Source of the DNA: Octopus sinensis
Lineage: Eukaryota
DNA: 64,000 nucleotides
Reading direction: 5' to 3'
NCBI RefSeq assembly: GCF_006345805.1
Contig: NC_042998.1
Coordinates: 145,886,001 to 145,950,000 of the forward strand
Shown here: piece by piece, positions 1 to 13,352 of the stretch
Numbering within the stretch: position 1 is the first letter of the stretch
How the letters are laid out: each line of letters opens with the position of its first letter
Notes under the pieces: model-generated
What the model was told of the DNA's origin: nothing
What the model saw: the letters and a program-made list of their open reading frames with translations, nothing else
The model's database searches: none
Position numbers and translations under genes: made by a program

Positions 1-127
1 CACCATCATTATCATTACCATCGTCGTCGTCGTTGTCGTCGTATGGTCGTCGTTGTCATCATCGTCGTCAACGTCGTCATCATCATCATCATCATCAGTA
101 TATTATTAGTTTTTCTAGTTCTTGTTA

Positions 128-330
128 TCTCTGTATAATAATAACCAATATAAATGTTGGTTGATTGGTTGGTTGGTTGGTTGGTTGGTTGGTTGGTTGG
201 TTTCTCCAGTAACGCTCTACATCATATAGAGGGAGGGAAGTGAAAGAGTAAAGAGAGATACAAAGAAAGTTTACGGGTGAGTGCTTTATGGCAGGCAATG
301 AGTTAAAATGCAAGAGAAGGAAGCAGGACG
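128..330 (+). mobile_element. Helitron-like non-autonomous element, 5' part
   Basis: A|TCTCTGTATAATAA start, internal (GGTT)n, then tttctccagt. Homologous to 48004-48135. No 3' end found. Confidence 0.45.
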
Positions 331-1286
331 TGTCTTCTGTGGGGATCGACCAAGATCCTCAATGAAAATACATCAGATCTGTTGATTGGATAACGGGTAG
401 GTCTTCGCTGAGAAGCGCTCAACCAGCCGTGAGATGGTCTGTCATGAGACTTCCCCTCTTTACTAAAATATAGACAGAATGTGATTACATTCCAATTTCA
501 TCTATAATTAAGATTTACAATATTTAAATTTGTCAATTCTTCTGATTCCCGCTGTTGTGCATAGAATATATATTAGAGGGATTAACCCTAATTCATACAT
601 CTGATTGTCCCTATTTCCAGATCTTTATATCTAAATAATTTCGTCATTTTTTAACAGATACTTTAAACTTCGTTAGGTAGAATACACATAAAAAAATATG
701 TTGTTTCTTAGTAGGAAAACCTCGGTATTATGCAGCAATCAAAAATCTTTCTCTTTCAGCTTTCATTCCTGTACTTTTCAACCAAAGCTATATTTTTTTT
801 TTTTGCCTTTATCCAATTTTTCTTTATTTGGTCTTGTCATATGTTTGGCAATGTTAAGGTTTTTCATGCTATCATCTTCACATGACATTTTACCATTTTC
901 AGTTTCGTTTCTTATATATATATATTTGTTTTTGTTTCTCCTTCCTCCTCGTAGCAGTTTGTTATCCTAAACCATGTTTTCTGTTTTTGTATATAATTGT
1001 TTTCTCTTGAACACGGAAACAGTTTGTTTTGCTTATATTTTATAGTTACTTGTATTAGTTTACCTTTATTTATTTTTTCACTTTGTATTTAATAATAGTT
1101 TCTAGTTACAGAAGATCCCTAAGGTTTAATGTTCGTGATAAATATAGTCCTTCTGCATCGACTTTCGGGTACTATATTCTAAATGCCATCATCACTTCTC
1201 CTTATTTCTATCTTCCACTTCAGAATATTGTAGCTATAAGCTTCCCCCACCCCACCCATTAGTTATATCTATGTGAAGTCTCATGA

Positions 1287-1570
1287 CCTAGTGGTTAGAG
1301 TATTGCACTCATGATCGTATAATCATGGTTTCGATTCCCTGATCAGATATTGCTTTGTGTTCTTGAGCAAAACACTTCATTTTACATTGTTCCAGTCCAC
1401 TTAGCTGTAAATGATTTCCAGCAATAGCTGGGAAGTCAGCCCTGCAACGGATCGGCGTCCCGATCATTGAGGCAGGGACTATTATGATCTCAGTCACTTA
1501 CATGCCATGGAAACTGGGATAAGCTTCGACTTTATGGCTCCTATGGATCACAAAAGACATAAGTCCTAAG
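1287..1570 (+). mobile_element. tRNA-derived SINE, family B (degenerate)
   Basis: tagtggttagagt A-box-like and ggtttcgattcc B-box-like motifs, then tgtgttcttgagcaaaacact core. Homologous to 41364-41604. Confidence 0.75.
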
Positions 1571-1869
1571 TTTAAATAAGTTATGTCAAGATGAAAGAAC
1601 TGTATATATGGCCGTCAAAGACTCTCCCAGAACAGTGAGACTAGGGTGGTTAACGTTGTATTTAAAAAGTTGCGGATCGACGACTGCTCGAAAGATATGT
1701 ACAGGGAGGGAGTTCCAGAACGGTGACGTTTTGGGGAAGATAAACTGGGTATAGTGGTTAGAGCTGTCTGTAAAGGGAGCATTATGTGGGGAGAGAAGAG
1801 ACGAGTGACTCGGGAGTGACAAACTCGAAATGACATTAAACCAGCCAACTCTGAACAGAGGCCATTATA

Positions 1870-1926
<57 letters not shown>

Positions 1927-4519
1927 AAAAGATAGACAAGATAGCACTATGTAGGCCAGAGAGTGATCTGAGACATTTATGTGTGTGCAAGCAGCAGCAC
2001 CGTCCCAGCTGCAGCAGCAGTTTTCTATTGGGGACCTCACCAGAGTTTTTTAGATGGTTAGTACTCGTTGGGGTATTAATCAGTCTCTGATTCGAAAAGA
2101 AAGATCAGTTATTGAGATATAACCTTGGTTTTGTTAAAGACGTACGCTAGCTACGTTATATTTTTATAGAACTATTTTGTTTGTTTTTGACTCACGCTGA
2201 TTTTTCTTGGAGAGGATTCTAGTTTTCATCTTTGTGATCCCATGGATTAGTTGCGTTATTATGTTAATATTGATATTTATATTTCTGAGTTCAATTCTCG
2301 CCGAAGTCAAATTTGCCTCTCATCCTTTCGAAGTTGATAAAATAAGTACCAGTCAAATACTGGGGTCGATGATATTGACTTACCTTCTCTCTTCAAAATT
2401 GTTCACCTTGTACCTAAATCAGAAACCATTATTGGTATTTGTATATTTGATGATGTCCCAGTATGCATTTTAATAATACCGTTGTTGATATTTTATTGTT
2501 AAGTTTTTAACTTAGGGAAGGTTTCTTTCGTTGGTCCATAAACAGATCTATCGATCTTTATTCTTTAACTTTCTCTACTTTTCCATTATTCTTATACTCA
2601 ATGTTTCCAAATTTAAATGTTTCTACCCTTAAGTCATTCTTACATCCAATTGTATTCATATTTTCGTTAGTATATTTCTGATTCAACGTTTTCAATGCTT
2701 AGTAATCAATATTCTCAAAATATGCTGAAGTTTGATTTTGTAGTTCATATATACGCTTGTTTTATGTATTTATTGTTTGTGTCAGGTCTATCACATGTAT
2801 GTTTGTACATTTAATGTATTTTTCCGTTTGTATATTTATATATTTTATTTGTGTGGTCGCTTGGATTCCACTGTACAATCCATCTGTAAGATTCTACATT
2901 TCTGTACCTGATACTGTTCTTTTTTTTTTTTTTTGTTTCTTTTTGTATCTCCTTCAATTAGCCGATCCTGCTGAGATCGAAGGTTACTTCGTGATCACCA
3001 TTTCTCTATGTATATAGTAATAGTCTTACTTTGAAGTAGATTGTAGATATAGTATTTATAGCCCTGCTCAAAAATAATATGAATACACTGACAAATATAA
3101 CGTTTTATACTATAATTGGTGTTGCAGATGAAAAATATGGAATATGTTTTGTAGTAAGATAAGCCGATAAACTAAGAACGCTTTACAAAAGTTCAAACAT
3201 TAATATTATATTGCTCTACTTGGTGTGTATCTCTTTATCTCTAACAATGCATCAATATGGCCAGCGATTTTTTAACCAAATTGTTGCAGTGATTTGAGAT
3301 TATCTTCCGTGGCAATACTTTCAGTATCTTCCCTTCTAAATCCGAAATTGATAAAGAATTATCTCGCAGCATCAGTATGATCAGCCAAATTTTTTACAGT
3401 AATCTGGGATTATCTTCCTTATCCATGTCTTCAGTATCTTCCCTTTTAAATCTAAAATTCATGCAGAATTATACATATTAACATTTTAGTTTTCATACTA
3501 CCCCACTTATTTTCTGAAGTGTTCCTACAGGAGATGATTCTGATTTTATACCCAACAAAGTCATTTTATCTGCTCTAATCCACTCTTGTACACATGTTAC
3601 TGGCCGAATACATTATAGTGTAATTATGGATGGTCAAATGACTAAGCAAGTTCTTCAGAATATTCAAGTAGAATTTAGAGTTCTCCCTTGAGATAGCATC
3701 GATGAAATCAGCTATTCTATTTGTAAAAACTCCCCTATATCATAAGGGTTGGGCATTGCTAAACTCTTGCAAAGGTTGCACAAGTATACATGGGATCTAT
3801 TGTACCTTGGGTTTGTTGAACGACAAACGGAACGGGAATTATAACAAAAACTATATCAGTACCTGTGATTTCCTTTTTCAAGGAATGGACTAAAATCAAA
3901 TACAAAATTTTACACTAGATAATCTTTTATTTTATCATTGTATTCAGGCATTTGACCAGAAGTGTACGCATGAGGAATAAAAACATATTTCTTCAGAATC
4001 GTTTTATGTCATTTCTGTATTATTTGCAAACCGAGATAAATTATATTTAAATTGCCAACATTTCTATCGGGGACCGCAGATTTAATCGCTTCAAGTTATT
4101 TGGCATTTGCATGCAACAATTTTCGTACATTTTATATAACATCACATTCAAAGAATTATGAGGTTTCTATTTGCATTGTTTGTCAAGTTATATTTTCAGC
4201 TGAATTTGTCTGGTATTTACTTAAACTCTGCTCCCTTAGCGTGTTTGCATGTGATGGCCATTCAACGATTAAAGCAAACGTTAACAATAGAACATCTTAC
4301 ATTAGACATTAAACAGTATTAAAATTCAGAAAATAGGTTAATGCATTACATCATACGTTGGTTTACACCACAGTATTTTCCTCAGTTGATTCTCATTTTC
4401 TTCATCGCTGTTCATGGATACCTTTTACATCAGTGTATTAACGAAATCCTGCTCACCTCCAGATCATCTTCATCAACATCATCGTCATCGGCGTCGTTAT
4501 GATTATTATTATTATTAAT

Positions 4520-4960
4520 TTTAATCGTTAGCACACCAGGCAAAATACATAGCAGCAATTCGTCCATCCTTACGTTCTGAGTTCAAATTCCGCCGAAGTC
4601 AACTTTACCTTTCATTCTTCTGGAGTCTATAAAATGAGTACCAGTTTCGCACTGGGGTCGATGTAATCGACTATCCCCTAACGCAAATTTCAGGCCTTGT
4701 GCCTATAATTGAAAGGATTATTATTGTTATTATTATTATTGGTATTACTATTAAAGCAGCGAGCTGGCAGAATCAAATCATTAGCCGGAAAAAATGCTCA
4801 GTGGTATTTCTCTCGACTTTTACGTTCTGAGTTCAAATTCCACCAGGGTCGACTTTGCCTTTCATCCTTTCGGGGTCGATAAAAGTACCAGTTGAATACT
4901 GGAGTCGATGTAATCGACTATTCCCCCAAATTTCTGGCCTTGTGCCTATAGTTGAAAGTA
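4520..4960 (+). mobile_element. Two tandem family A SINE copies (4520-4720, 4753-4960); another partial copy at 2270-2420
   Basis: Shared core ttacgttctgagttcaaattcc..gtcgactttgcctttcatcctttcggggtcgat; TTA-rich flanks. Confidence 0.85.
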
Positions 4961-5348
4961 TTGTCGCCGTCGTCGTCGTCGTCGTCATCGTCATTATCAT
5001 CATCATCGTCATCATTAATCATCATTACTTTGAAACAGTAGGTTTTAAGAAACGATTAGTTATGTTCTTTTATATTCTGAGTTAAAATTCTGTTAGAAGA
5101 GATGAGGTCGTCGTCGTTGTCGTCGTCGTCGCTGTGGTTGTGGTGGTCGTGGCGGTGATGGTGATAGTATCTTCTGCTTATTATCATTGGTCATCGCTGT
5201 TGTTGTTTTATTTTTCTTTGGTGTTGTGTTTCTGTGTTGTTTTTATTTTCGTTTAATTTTCCTTTTTCCAACGCATATTTCTTCATTGCTGTTCTCATAA
5301 ACCGAAGAAAATTAATTATTTGTATTTCCTTCACTCACTTTTTCTCTT

Positions 5349-5415
<67 letters not shown>

Positions 5416-5420
5416 TTCTT

Positions 5421-5452
<32 letters not shown>

Positions 5453-5529
5453 TTATCTCTCTCTTTCCGTCACTTTTTCTTTCTCTCTCTCTCTTTCCCT
5501 TCATCTTTTCTCTTTCTTTGTCCAGCTCA

Positions 5530-5550
5530 CTTGATTTTCTTTTTTTACAG
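5530..5550 (+). promoter_or_regulatory. Probable splice acceptor upstream of the AOC start (implies an upstream non-coding exon)
   Basis: ttgattttctttttttacAG at 5531-5550 follows a long (CT)n tract. No ATG between 5551 and 5699. Confidence 0.45.
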
Positions 5551-5581
5551 CAATAACTACAAAGAACAACAAAATTAGATA

Positions 5582-5686
5582 GAAGAAGAAGAAGAAGAAG
5601 AAGAAGAAGAAGAAGAAGAAGAAGAAGAAGAAGAAGAAGAAGAAGAAGAAGAAGAAGAAGAACAACAACAACAACAACAACAACAA
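5582..5686 (+). repeat. (GAA)27(CAA)8 compound trinucleotide repeat ending 12 nt before the AOC ATG
   Basis: Read directly. Confidence 0.95.
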
Positions 5687-5698
5687 AAAATATTAATA

Positions 5699-7789
5699 AT
5701 GGCCGACATTAATACTGTGAAAGGGCTTTTTGTTCTGTCAGTTCTTGTAAACATCTCTTTATTAACAGGTATTCTGACTCTGCTAGCTATCGGTGACTAC
5801 AGTGGTGAAGAGGACAGCCTAGAAGCGCTACACTGCAATAAGAAACAGTCACCGGTTGACGATGTAGGGCCGAATATGTTTGAACTGCGCTACAGAAAGC
5901 ACAGAATATTCGATTCTTTGAACGTCGAGGAGATCGAAGCTGTTCAAAAATACCTCTTTAGCCAGAAATCTTTAAATTTAGTCCATCCCTCGAAAGCGAA
6001 AGTTACAGATAATTATATATTTTTGATGGAATCACAAACACCTAAAAAATTAAAAGTTCTCCGGTTTCTTGATCACGTCGGCCCCGAGCCACCAAGACAA
6101 GCCAAAGTTATCATAATGAAAGGCCAAGGAAGATTACCAATGGTAGAAGAATATATCGTTGGGCCATTACCGAAACCAAAATATCATTACTTAAATAATA
6201 AAACTGCAAAGCAAAACCCTTTGCCGTTTAGAATTAGGCCGTACAATAACCCCGAAATTGTGGCGCTTATGTACGAAGTCCTTCCAGAAACCATGTCAAG
6301 TCTCAACAAGGTACTACAGGATATATATGGTGCACAATTGTCACCTCACGAATGTGAAGAACTCTGTTTAACTTTCACAGCCGCTCCTGTTTCTACATCG
6401 TTTGTCCGCGAACGAAAACTTTGGATTCCGTTGTTTTATAACTTGGAATTTCCCACCCTTCATCCAATTGACTTTCAACTGCTAATTAATATTAATCATA
6501 AAAATATAAAAGATTGGAAAATTGAGCAAATCTGGCACTCGGGCATCCTTTATAATTCTACAGAACACTTTCTAAAAACTTACAAACAGAATAGTTTTCC
6601 TCGAAAGAGAGTGAACACAAAAAAACTACGTGAAAGTACTCGAGGTTATCTTCATTCCAGGGGTAAACTATTCCCCAATAAGCCATCTTCTGGACCACAA
6701 CAATTCGAAACCTCAAGTAAAAGATATAAAATTGTGGGTAATAAAGTGATATATATGAAATGGTCGTTTGACTATCGTGTTTCGGCAATTCAGGGTCTTC
6801 AGCTCTTTGATATCAGATTTGGTAACGATAGAATCGTGTATGAAATGAGTCTTCAAGAAATGGCGGTGCTTTACAGTGGCTTTAACCCTTTCATGAAATA
6901 TATGCACGTTGCCGATACAGTTGATCTACCAGGAAAAGGCTTCGGACTCGTTCCTGGAATCGACTGTCCTCATCATGCGACTTTCTTAAATGCAACGCAT
7001 GCTACCGAAGAATTTGACCAAGCAAAAGTTTACCAAAATGCAATTTGTATTTTTGAATTCAACAAAGATGCACCGTTCCGACGACACCATTCCAACAACA
7101 TCCGAGGAGGAGTGTTCTATTCCGGATTGGTTAACAACGTTCTTATTGTTAGAACTATTTCAGTTGTCTACAATTACGATTATATATTTGACTACATATT
7201 CTACCAAAACGGCGCCTTGGAAGTTAAAATCTACTCTACGGGATTCGTCTATACGACAACTTTTTCCGAAGCTGAGAGACCTTATGCTGTACCTGTCGAT
7301 GAAAACATTGTCGCAAGCATACATGCACATCTTTTCCATTTCAAGGTGGACTTGGACATTTTAGGAGAGAAAAACAGATACGAAACTTGGGATGTAAAAG
7401 TTGAAAATAAAAGCAATATTTGGAGAAACAGCTACGAAGAATTCCACCAGTACTGGCTTGACCGGAAATTGAAACGAACAGAGAAGGAAGCTATCCACAA
7501 ATACAATTTCAATACGCCGAAATATCACACTATTTTAAATAATGATAAGACTAATTATCACGGTGTACCCAGAGGCTATCGAATACACAATAGAGGAATG
7601 GTAAAACAACTATTGCCAGAGAATTTCCACATGGAAAGTTCGATATCGTGGTCACGTTATCAGATGGCAGTAACTCAGTTTAAAGACAGAGAAGAGAAAA
7701 GTAGCTCCATCACAGCATTGTTTGGAACCAAGAACCCGGCAGTCAAATTTTCCGATTTCTTGGAGGACGATGACGACATTGTTGACATG
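5699..7789 (+). CDS. Copper-containing (TPQ) amine oxidase, AOC1/AOC3-like, coding exon 1 (aa 1-697 of 791)
   Basis: Open frame from ATG 5699 (ataATGg; in-frame upstream TAG at 5576). Hydrophobic anchor aa ~9-31. EMSLQE..LYSG (Y392), catalytic base D406, GIDCP, TPQ consensus VYNYDY (Y493 at 7175), Cu ligands H542-x-H544. Ends at phase-0 donor ATG|GTAAGA (GT at 7790). No one-to-one vertebrate orthologue assigned. Confidence 0.96.
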
Positions 7790-8108
7790 GTAAGATATTA
7801 AAATTAATTAATACTTTCACCTCCCTAATTAACATTTATCAAATATTATCATTAATCAAGCAATAAAATCATGAGGTTAAGATAGTGTAACAAGATAGGT
7901 TAAGATAGGTACAGCAAGAGTGTGTGTGTATGGCTCACTTTCACCCCTATTTTTCTCGCACACACTCCCTCTTGTCTTCTCTCTCTCTCTCCCTCTCCCA
8001 GTTATGTGAGTATGTGTTTACACTTGTTCTATGAGTGTGTGTATGAGCATGAATATGCGTATGTATGCTTGTGTGCATGTGTGTATGTGTGTACATGCGC
8101 ATCAGTGT

Positions 8109-8151
<43 letters not shown>

Positions 8152-8286
8152 GAGACCAAAGAAGCAGTTCAAAGACCAACTGAAAACCACTTTCAAGAGG
8201 AGTTTTCAATAACCCTTCAAGAATGAAAGACATCACTATTTGCCTCCTCCTCCACCATCACCACTCCTCCCTGTTCACTTTGGCGG

Positions 8287-8413
8287 TCTTTAAATTTAGT
8301 CCATCCCTCGAAAGCGAAAGTTACAGATAATTATATATTTTTGATGGAATCACAAACACCTAAAAAATTAAAAGTTCTCCGGTTTCTTGATTACGTCGGC
8401 CCCGAGCCACCAA
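8287..8413 (+). pseudogene. Intronic duplicate of AOC exon 1 segment 5969-6095 (codons 91-132)
   Basis: 126/127 nt identical; the only difference is C6074 vs T8392. Confidence 0.93.
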
Positions 8414-8451
8414 CCCTAACCCTAACCCTAACCCTAACCCTAACCCTAACC
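8412..8451 (-). repeat. Interstitial telomeric repeat (TTAGGG)6+ (AACCCT x6 + AACC on +)
   Basis: Six perfect units, sharing 2 nt (AA) with the end of the exon copy. Confidence 0.93.
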
Positions 8452-8865
8452 ACTATTGGGGAGTAAGGAGCTGAACATGGAGATGAAACACATTCAACAA
8501 AACCAGAAACTAGCATTACATCTGACTTCTCCAAGAAGATGAACAATATAGAATTCAGTAAACAAAAATAAGTACGTTGATATGCTTGTGTGTGAATGTG
8601 TGTGTGCATGTGCATTTAGGTGTGAGTTTGTGTATTTAGGTGTGTGTTTGTGTGTGTGTAGGTGCGTGTGTGTGTTTAACTGTGTTTATATTAAGTTGTT
8701 CCAAGAGTGGAGAGGAGTGGGTCGTGCGCCTGAGTAATAGAAGTACGATAATGGATGTATGTATATATGTATTAATGCATATATACATGCATATATGTAT
8801 TAATAGATGAATGAATGAATAAAAGAATGAATAGATAGATGAATGTAGGTACGAATGCATGTATT

Positions 8866-9102
<237 letters not shown>

Positions 9103-11199
9103 CCTTCTATATAATATATTAATTCAAATTAATCAATATTATTGACCTTTTTCTCAGAGAAATCAAATACTTTGTCCCAACAGCCATTTTCTACATAAAC
9201 AAAAGTAAACACATCAGCAACTAACTCAGCTTCAGTTCTTCCACCATAGATTATACTAATTTCAAAATAACAAAACCCTCCAACTGCTTATATTGACGTT
9301 TTTATATAACATCAATATAAACCAACCAAGCAACGTACAGCATTATGATAAAACTTACCTGCATGTGATAAAAATTAAATTCAACTTAATAGAAACCTTA
9401 TAACTGAAATAACTGAAATGTCGCAATAGCTTGCTCAAACTACCTTGTGCGTAGATTAAAATCAGAAGCTGGTTTGGTGCTGGTTTCTTATTCTTCTGTG
9501 CAGTATTTTACGTTGTTATTTGAAATTCCGCAATATTCCTGCTTTGCATCTTGAGGAAGTTAAATGTAACATTAACAATTTACTGCATAAAGATACATTT
9601 CACACCTTTATCTTCTTATATGTTTGAAATGGCTAAATCGTTACGATGTCGGCAACAGCACCTTGCGGTATTTAATCCAACTCTTTAGAAGCGAAGTTCA
9701 AATCCCACTGAAGTCATCTTTGCATTTTTATCCTTCCAGGATCGATAAAAAATGTACCAATCTAGGGTGTTGAACTGGTGGAACTATAAGAACGTCACAC
9801 TAGAATACCTTGTAATATTTCTTCCCGTTCTTTGTGTTCTGAGTTTAAACCCCTGCAGGAAATAATCAAAAGCAATTTCTTTTATAATAAAATGAGTAAT
9901 ATTTAAAATTTTTCGGGATCTTAGCTAACATTATTAATATATATAATTTAATATATGGTTCATAGAGGTTTCTGTCTCACCTCCTAAGCATTATTGTTGT
10001 TTAGAAGTGGGACATACGATGTAAATAGAATCTTAATTGTGAAGTTGAATAAATGTACGAAATAGGAATATTAGGTTGGAGAGATTAACGAATATTGGCA
10101 TGGATATTTTGCATTATAAAATTAGTGGACACAAATGACCTTTATTCTCCAAAATAGAGAACACCAGTTCTGAGAAGAAATTAAACGGAACATACAAGTG
10201 AGAGAGAGACAGAGGCAGAGACAGAGACAGAGAGAACTGAGGAAACATATGAGTTGCTTCTATACTTTAAGATGTCCGTCTATGATAATCTACTGCAAGC
10301 ATATAGTTTATACTTCATAAGATGTATACGTATCTTAACCCTTTAGAATGTCTACATATAGTTTCTACGCGTTAATGTATCCATATGTTGACAGAGATCT
10401 CAAGTTTAAAATCGGTATTTGATTAAATGATATATATAATTGAAAAATCCTTTGAGCAATGTTGTTGAGAAGTTAGGCAAAATATGTAAAGTGATGTCAG
10501 TAAAAGAAAACAAAGAAAACAGATATTATATTTTCTAACATAGGTCACTTAATGATCGTTTCAAATATTAGAAATAGTATAATCAAAGATTCGATTAGTA
10601 ATTATAATGCGAGAGAGCCCCATACAATCTATACATGGGTTTCAGAATTAAGCAATCAGAAATGTGTAAATAAACTACCCTCAGCTTAATTTAAATCGAT
10701 GTTTTAATGTTTATTATATGTTTATGTGCTTTGTGCTATAACGAAGAGAGGTAAGATACTGTTTCAGGATTTATCCTTTCGCTTCTAGTATATTGCTTGT
10801 AGTTTTGGGGTTTGTGAACTATTGGACAAATATCTTCAAGGCCTGAGTGGATATAAACAGGCAACATTCATGAAATATGCGCCTGTCAGTGAAATGAAGC
10901 TGCGCATATTTTCATTTTTGTTATATATTGATGAATGCTTCATATAATTCTATTTGAAGCCTTCCTGTTGTGTGTTCAAATTTAGCCAGCGAGAAATTAT
11001 TCATCATTGATCTTTTAGTTGGTGGAACAATTAACATTATCAAAGTGACATTCTCGCCAATTAAAATGTTGACCTTGACATTTAGGGGAAATTTTTCATA
11101 ATCTAAGTATGTCATCTTTTTTCATTCTTCACTTTATCTTCTCTCTCTCCCTCTCTCTTTTTCTCTCTCTCCATCTCTCTCTCTCTCTTACTATATATA

Positions 11200-11289
<90 letters not shown>

Positions 11290-11740
11290 ATACTCATCTA
11301 TCTATTCATCTATTTAACTATTCACTATTGATTTTTAGTCAGTAGAACAATTAACATCATCAAAGTGACTTTATCACCGATTAGAATTTTTTTGTGTACA
11401 ACTGTATATGAAAAGAAATTAAATATTACTTGAAAGAGCAATTAATACTTTTAAATAGAATGTTCCAAAAATATTATATTTTTACAAGGAATAAGTTGAC
11501 TGTGACTTCTAAGTAACAAATTAATCGCATAACTGAGAACATTTGACCAAGATGACTAAGCCGAAAATTCGATATCACTATCAGCAATATATATATATAA
11601 ACCTCTATTGTCATCTCTCTTTCTCTCTGTGTGCAAACCTTGTATATACTACAATGTATATACACTCTATATACACACCGTTTATTGTTTGATTTGCTTC
11701 AAAATTACTAAATTCCTCTTATCGTTTCTTTGTTTTACAG

Positions 11741-12025
11741 GATCTTGTGACATGGTTAACCCTAGGAACTTACCACATCCCACGATCAGAAGATCTTCCC
11801 AACGTCCCCACACCAGAAACAGAACTCTCGTTTTTGTTGACGCCATTCAATTATTTCCCAGAAGACCCGTCCATTAGTTCTCGTAATGCAGTTCGGTTGA
11901 CCCCTTCTAAAAAGAAGAGCGAGAAACTTAACGTGGAAACCTTTGGTACGCCGGATCCTCCCAAATGTGTTGCTCCAACTTTTTCTTTTAACTCAATAAA
12001 AAGTTCCACGATATTCAACAGGTGA
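11741..12025 (+). CDS. Copper amine oxidase coding exon 2 (aa 698-791 + stop)
   Basis: Acceptor tttctttgttttacAG|GAT. Translates DLVTWLTLGTYHIPRSEDLPN...FLLTPFNYFPEDPS, the conserved AOC C-terminus (compare DLVAWVTAGFLHIPHAED of AOC3), and carries the third Cu ligand H709 (11774). Tandem TGA TGA stop. Confidence 0.95.
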   Translation, partial: DLVTWLTLGTYHIPRSEDLPNVPTPETELSFLLTPFNYFPEDPSISSRNAVRLTPSKKKSEKLNVETFGTPDPPKCVAPTFSFNSIKSSTIFNR

Positions 12026-12038
12026 TGACATTCCACAG

Positions 12039-12125
12039 AATAAATAAATGAATACATGAACAGATAAACAAATGGATAAATATATAAATGAATAAATATA
12101 TAAATGAATAAATAAAATAAAATAA
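12039..12125 (+). terminator. Candidate polyadenylation signals of the AOC gene
   Basis: First AATAAA at 12039-12044, several more to ~12125 in an (ATAA)n-like tract just after the stop. Confidence 0.45.
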
Positions 12126-12335
12126 ACAAACAATTGAAAACTGAAGAAATCAGGAAAATGAAAGACAGAAAAAAAGAAAAGCGAAGAATTTAATCAAATA
12201 TATTGCTACAAGTGTGCGTGCGTGTGTGTATGTGTGTGTATGCGTGCATGCGTGTGTGTATATGTCTGTGTATGTGTGTGTATGAATGTGTCGATATTTT
12301 ATTCACATTTTGTTAGCTGTGGTATGATGTGACAT

Positions 12336-12406
<71 letters not shown>

Positions 12407-12610
12407 TATATATATATGTATTGTATATATATATATGAAAGTATATGTATTACACATATATATACATATATATTATATATACCAAGAAGCAGTATTATAT
12501 ATAATATATACATATATATATATTGCTTTTTAGTCTTTTAGTTATGATCAAAGTGCAAAAAATATTATAAATATACACGTACATGCGCACATGCATATGT
12601 AGAAAACATA

Positions 12611-12674
<64 letters not shown>

Positions 12675-12996
12675 TGTCCATGAACTACTATAAGAATTAA
12701 ATTATTCAATTCTAGTAGGAATCCTAAAATACTTTTTTCACACAAGCAGTATGTACACATACCATGTGCGTGTTTGTATGCGTTTTCAGGGTGTATATGT
12801 ATGTTTTTGTGAGTGTATATATTTCAAAACATAAATATTTCGGTGTATTAATACGCGGAAAATGTGTGATATATGGTATATATACATGTATGGTAAATGA
12901 AGTACACATGTCTGTGATATGATGCATCTCCAATTGGGATATGTAACATATGATATATTATTTATATTACACTTCATTATATATAAATATCTATAT

Positions 12997-13060
<64 letters not shown>

Positions 13061-13110
13061 TGTGTGAAGAAACAAAAACAAGAAAATTCCTTGAGAACTT
13101 TATCATGCAC

Positions 13111-13352
13111 AAAAGAAAGAAAATATTTACATTTTTATCAAAATATGCTACCGGTTTCAATCCTGTTAAAAATAATTTAGTCATTAAATTAATCTTTAAA
13201 TTAATTTTTCGTGGCATCAGATACCAAGAAAGATTAATTTAATTTATTTCAATTTGTTTTCCTTTCTCTTTCAGCATGATTAAATGATTTTTTTTAAATC
13301 GGTTAAAACCAGTAGCATGTTTTGATGGAAATGTAAATATTTTCTTTCTTTT
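13111..13352. mobile_element. Fold-back MITE-like element
   Basis: ~75-bp inverted arms (13111-13184 vs 13277-13352), roughly 80% complementary, with a nested attaatcttt/aaagattaat pair. Confidence 0.6.

Noticed and set aside
2965-2995. ctgctgagatcgaagg hammerhead-like string
   Set aside because: Mutated core, no loop in stem II, no stem III.
3298-3476. Old ~70-bp direct repeats (3298/3408; also 10997/11317)
   Set aside because: Ordinary decayed local duplications with no sign of function.
7790-7801. ORF-track C-terminus VRY-stop of the 700-aa ORF
   Set aside because: Intron read-through; the true frame continues in the exon at 11741, which supplies H709.
10870-10915. Intronic hairpin atgaaatatgcgc/gcgcatattttcat as a pre-miRNA
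   Set aside because: Stem of only ~13 bp with a ~19-nt loop; too short.
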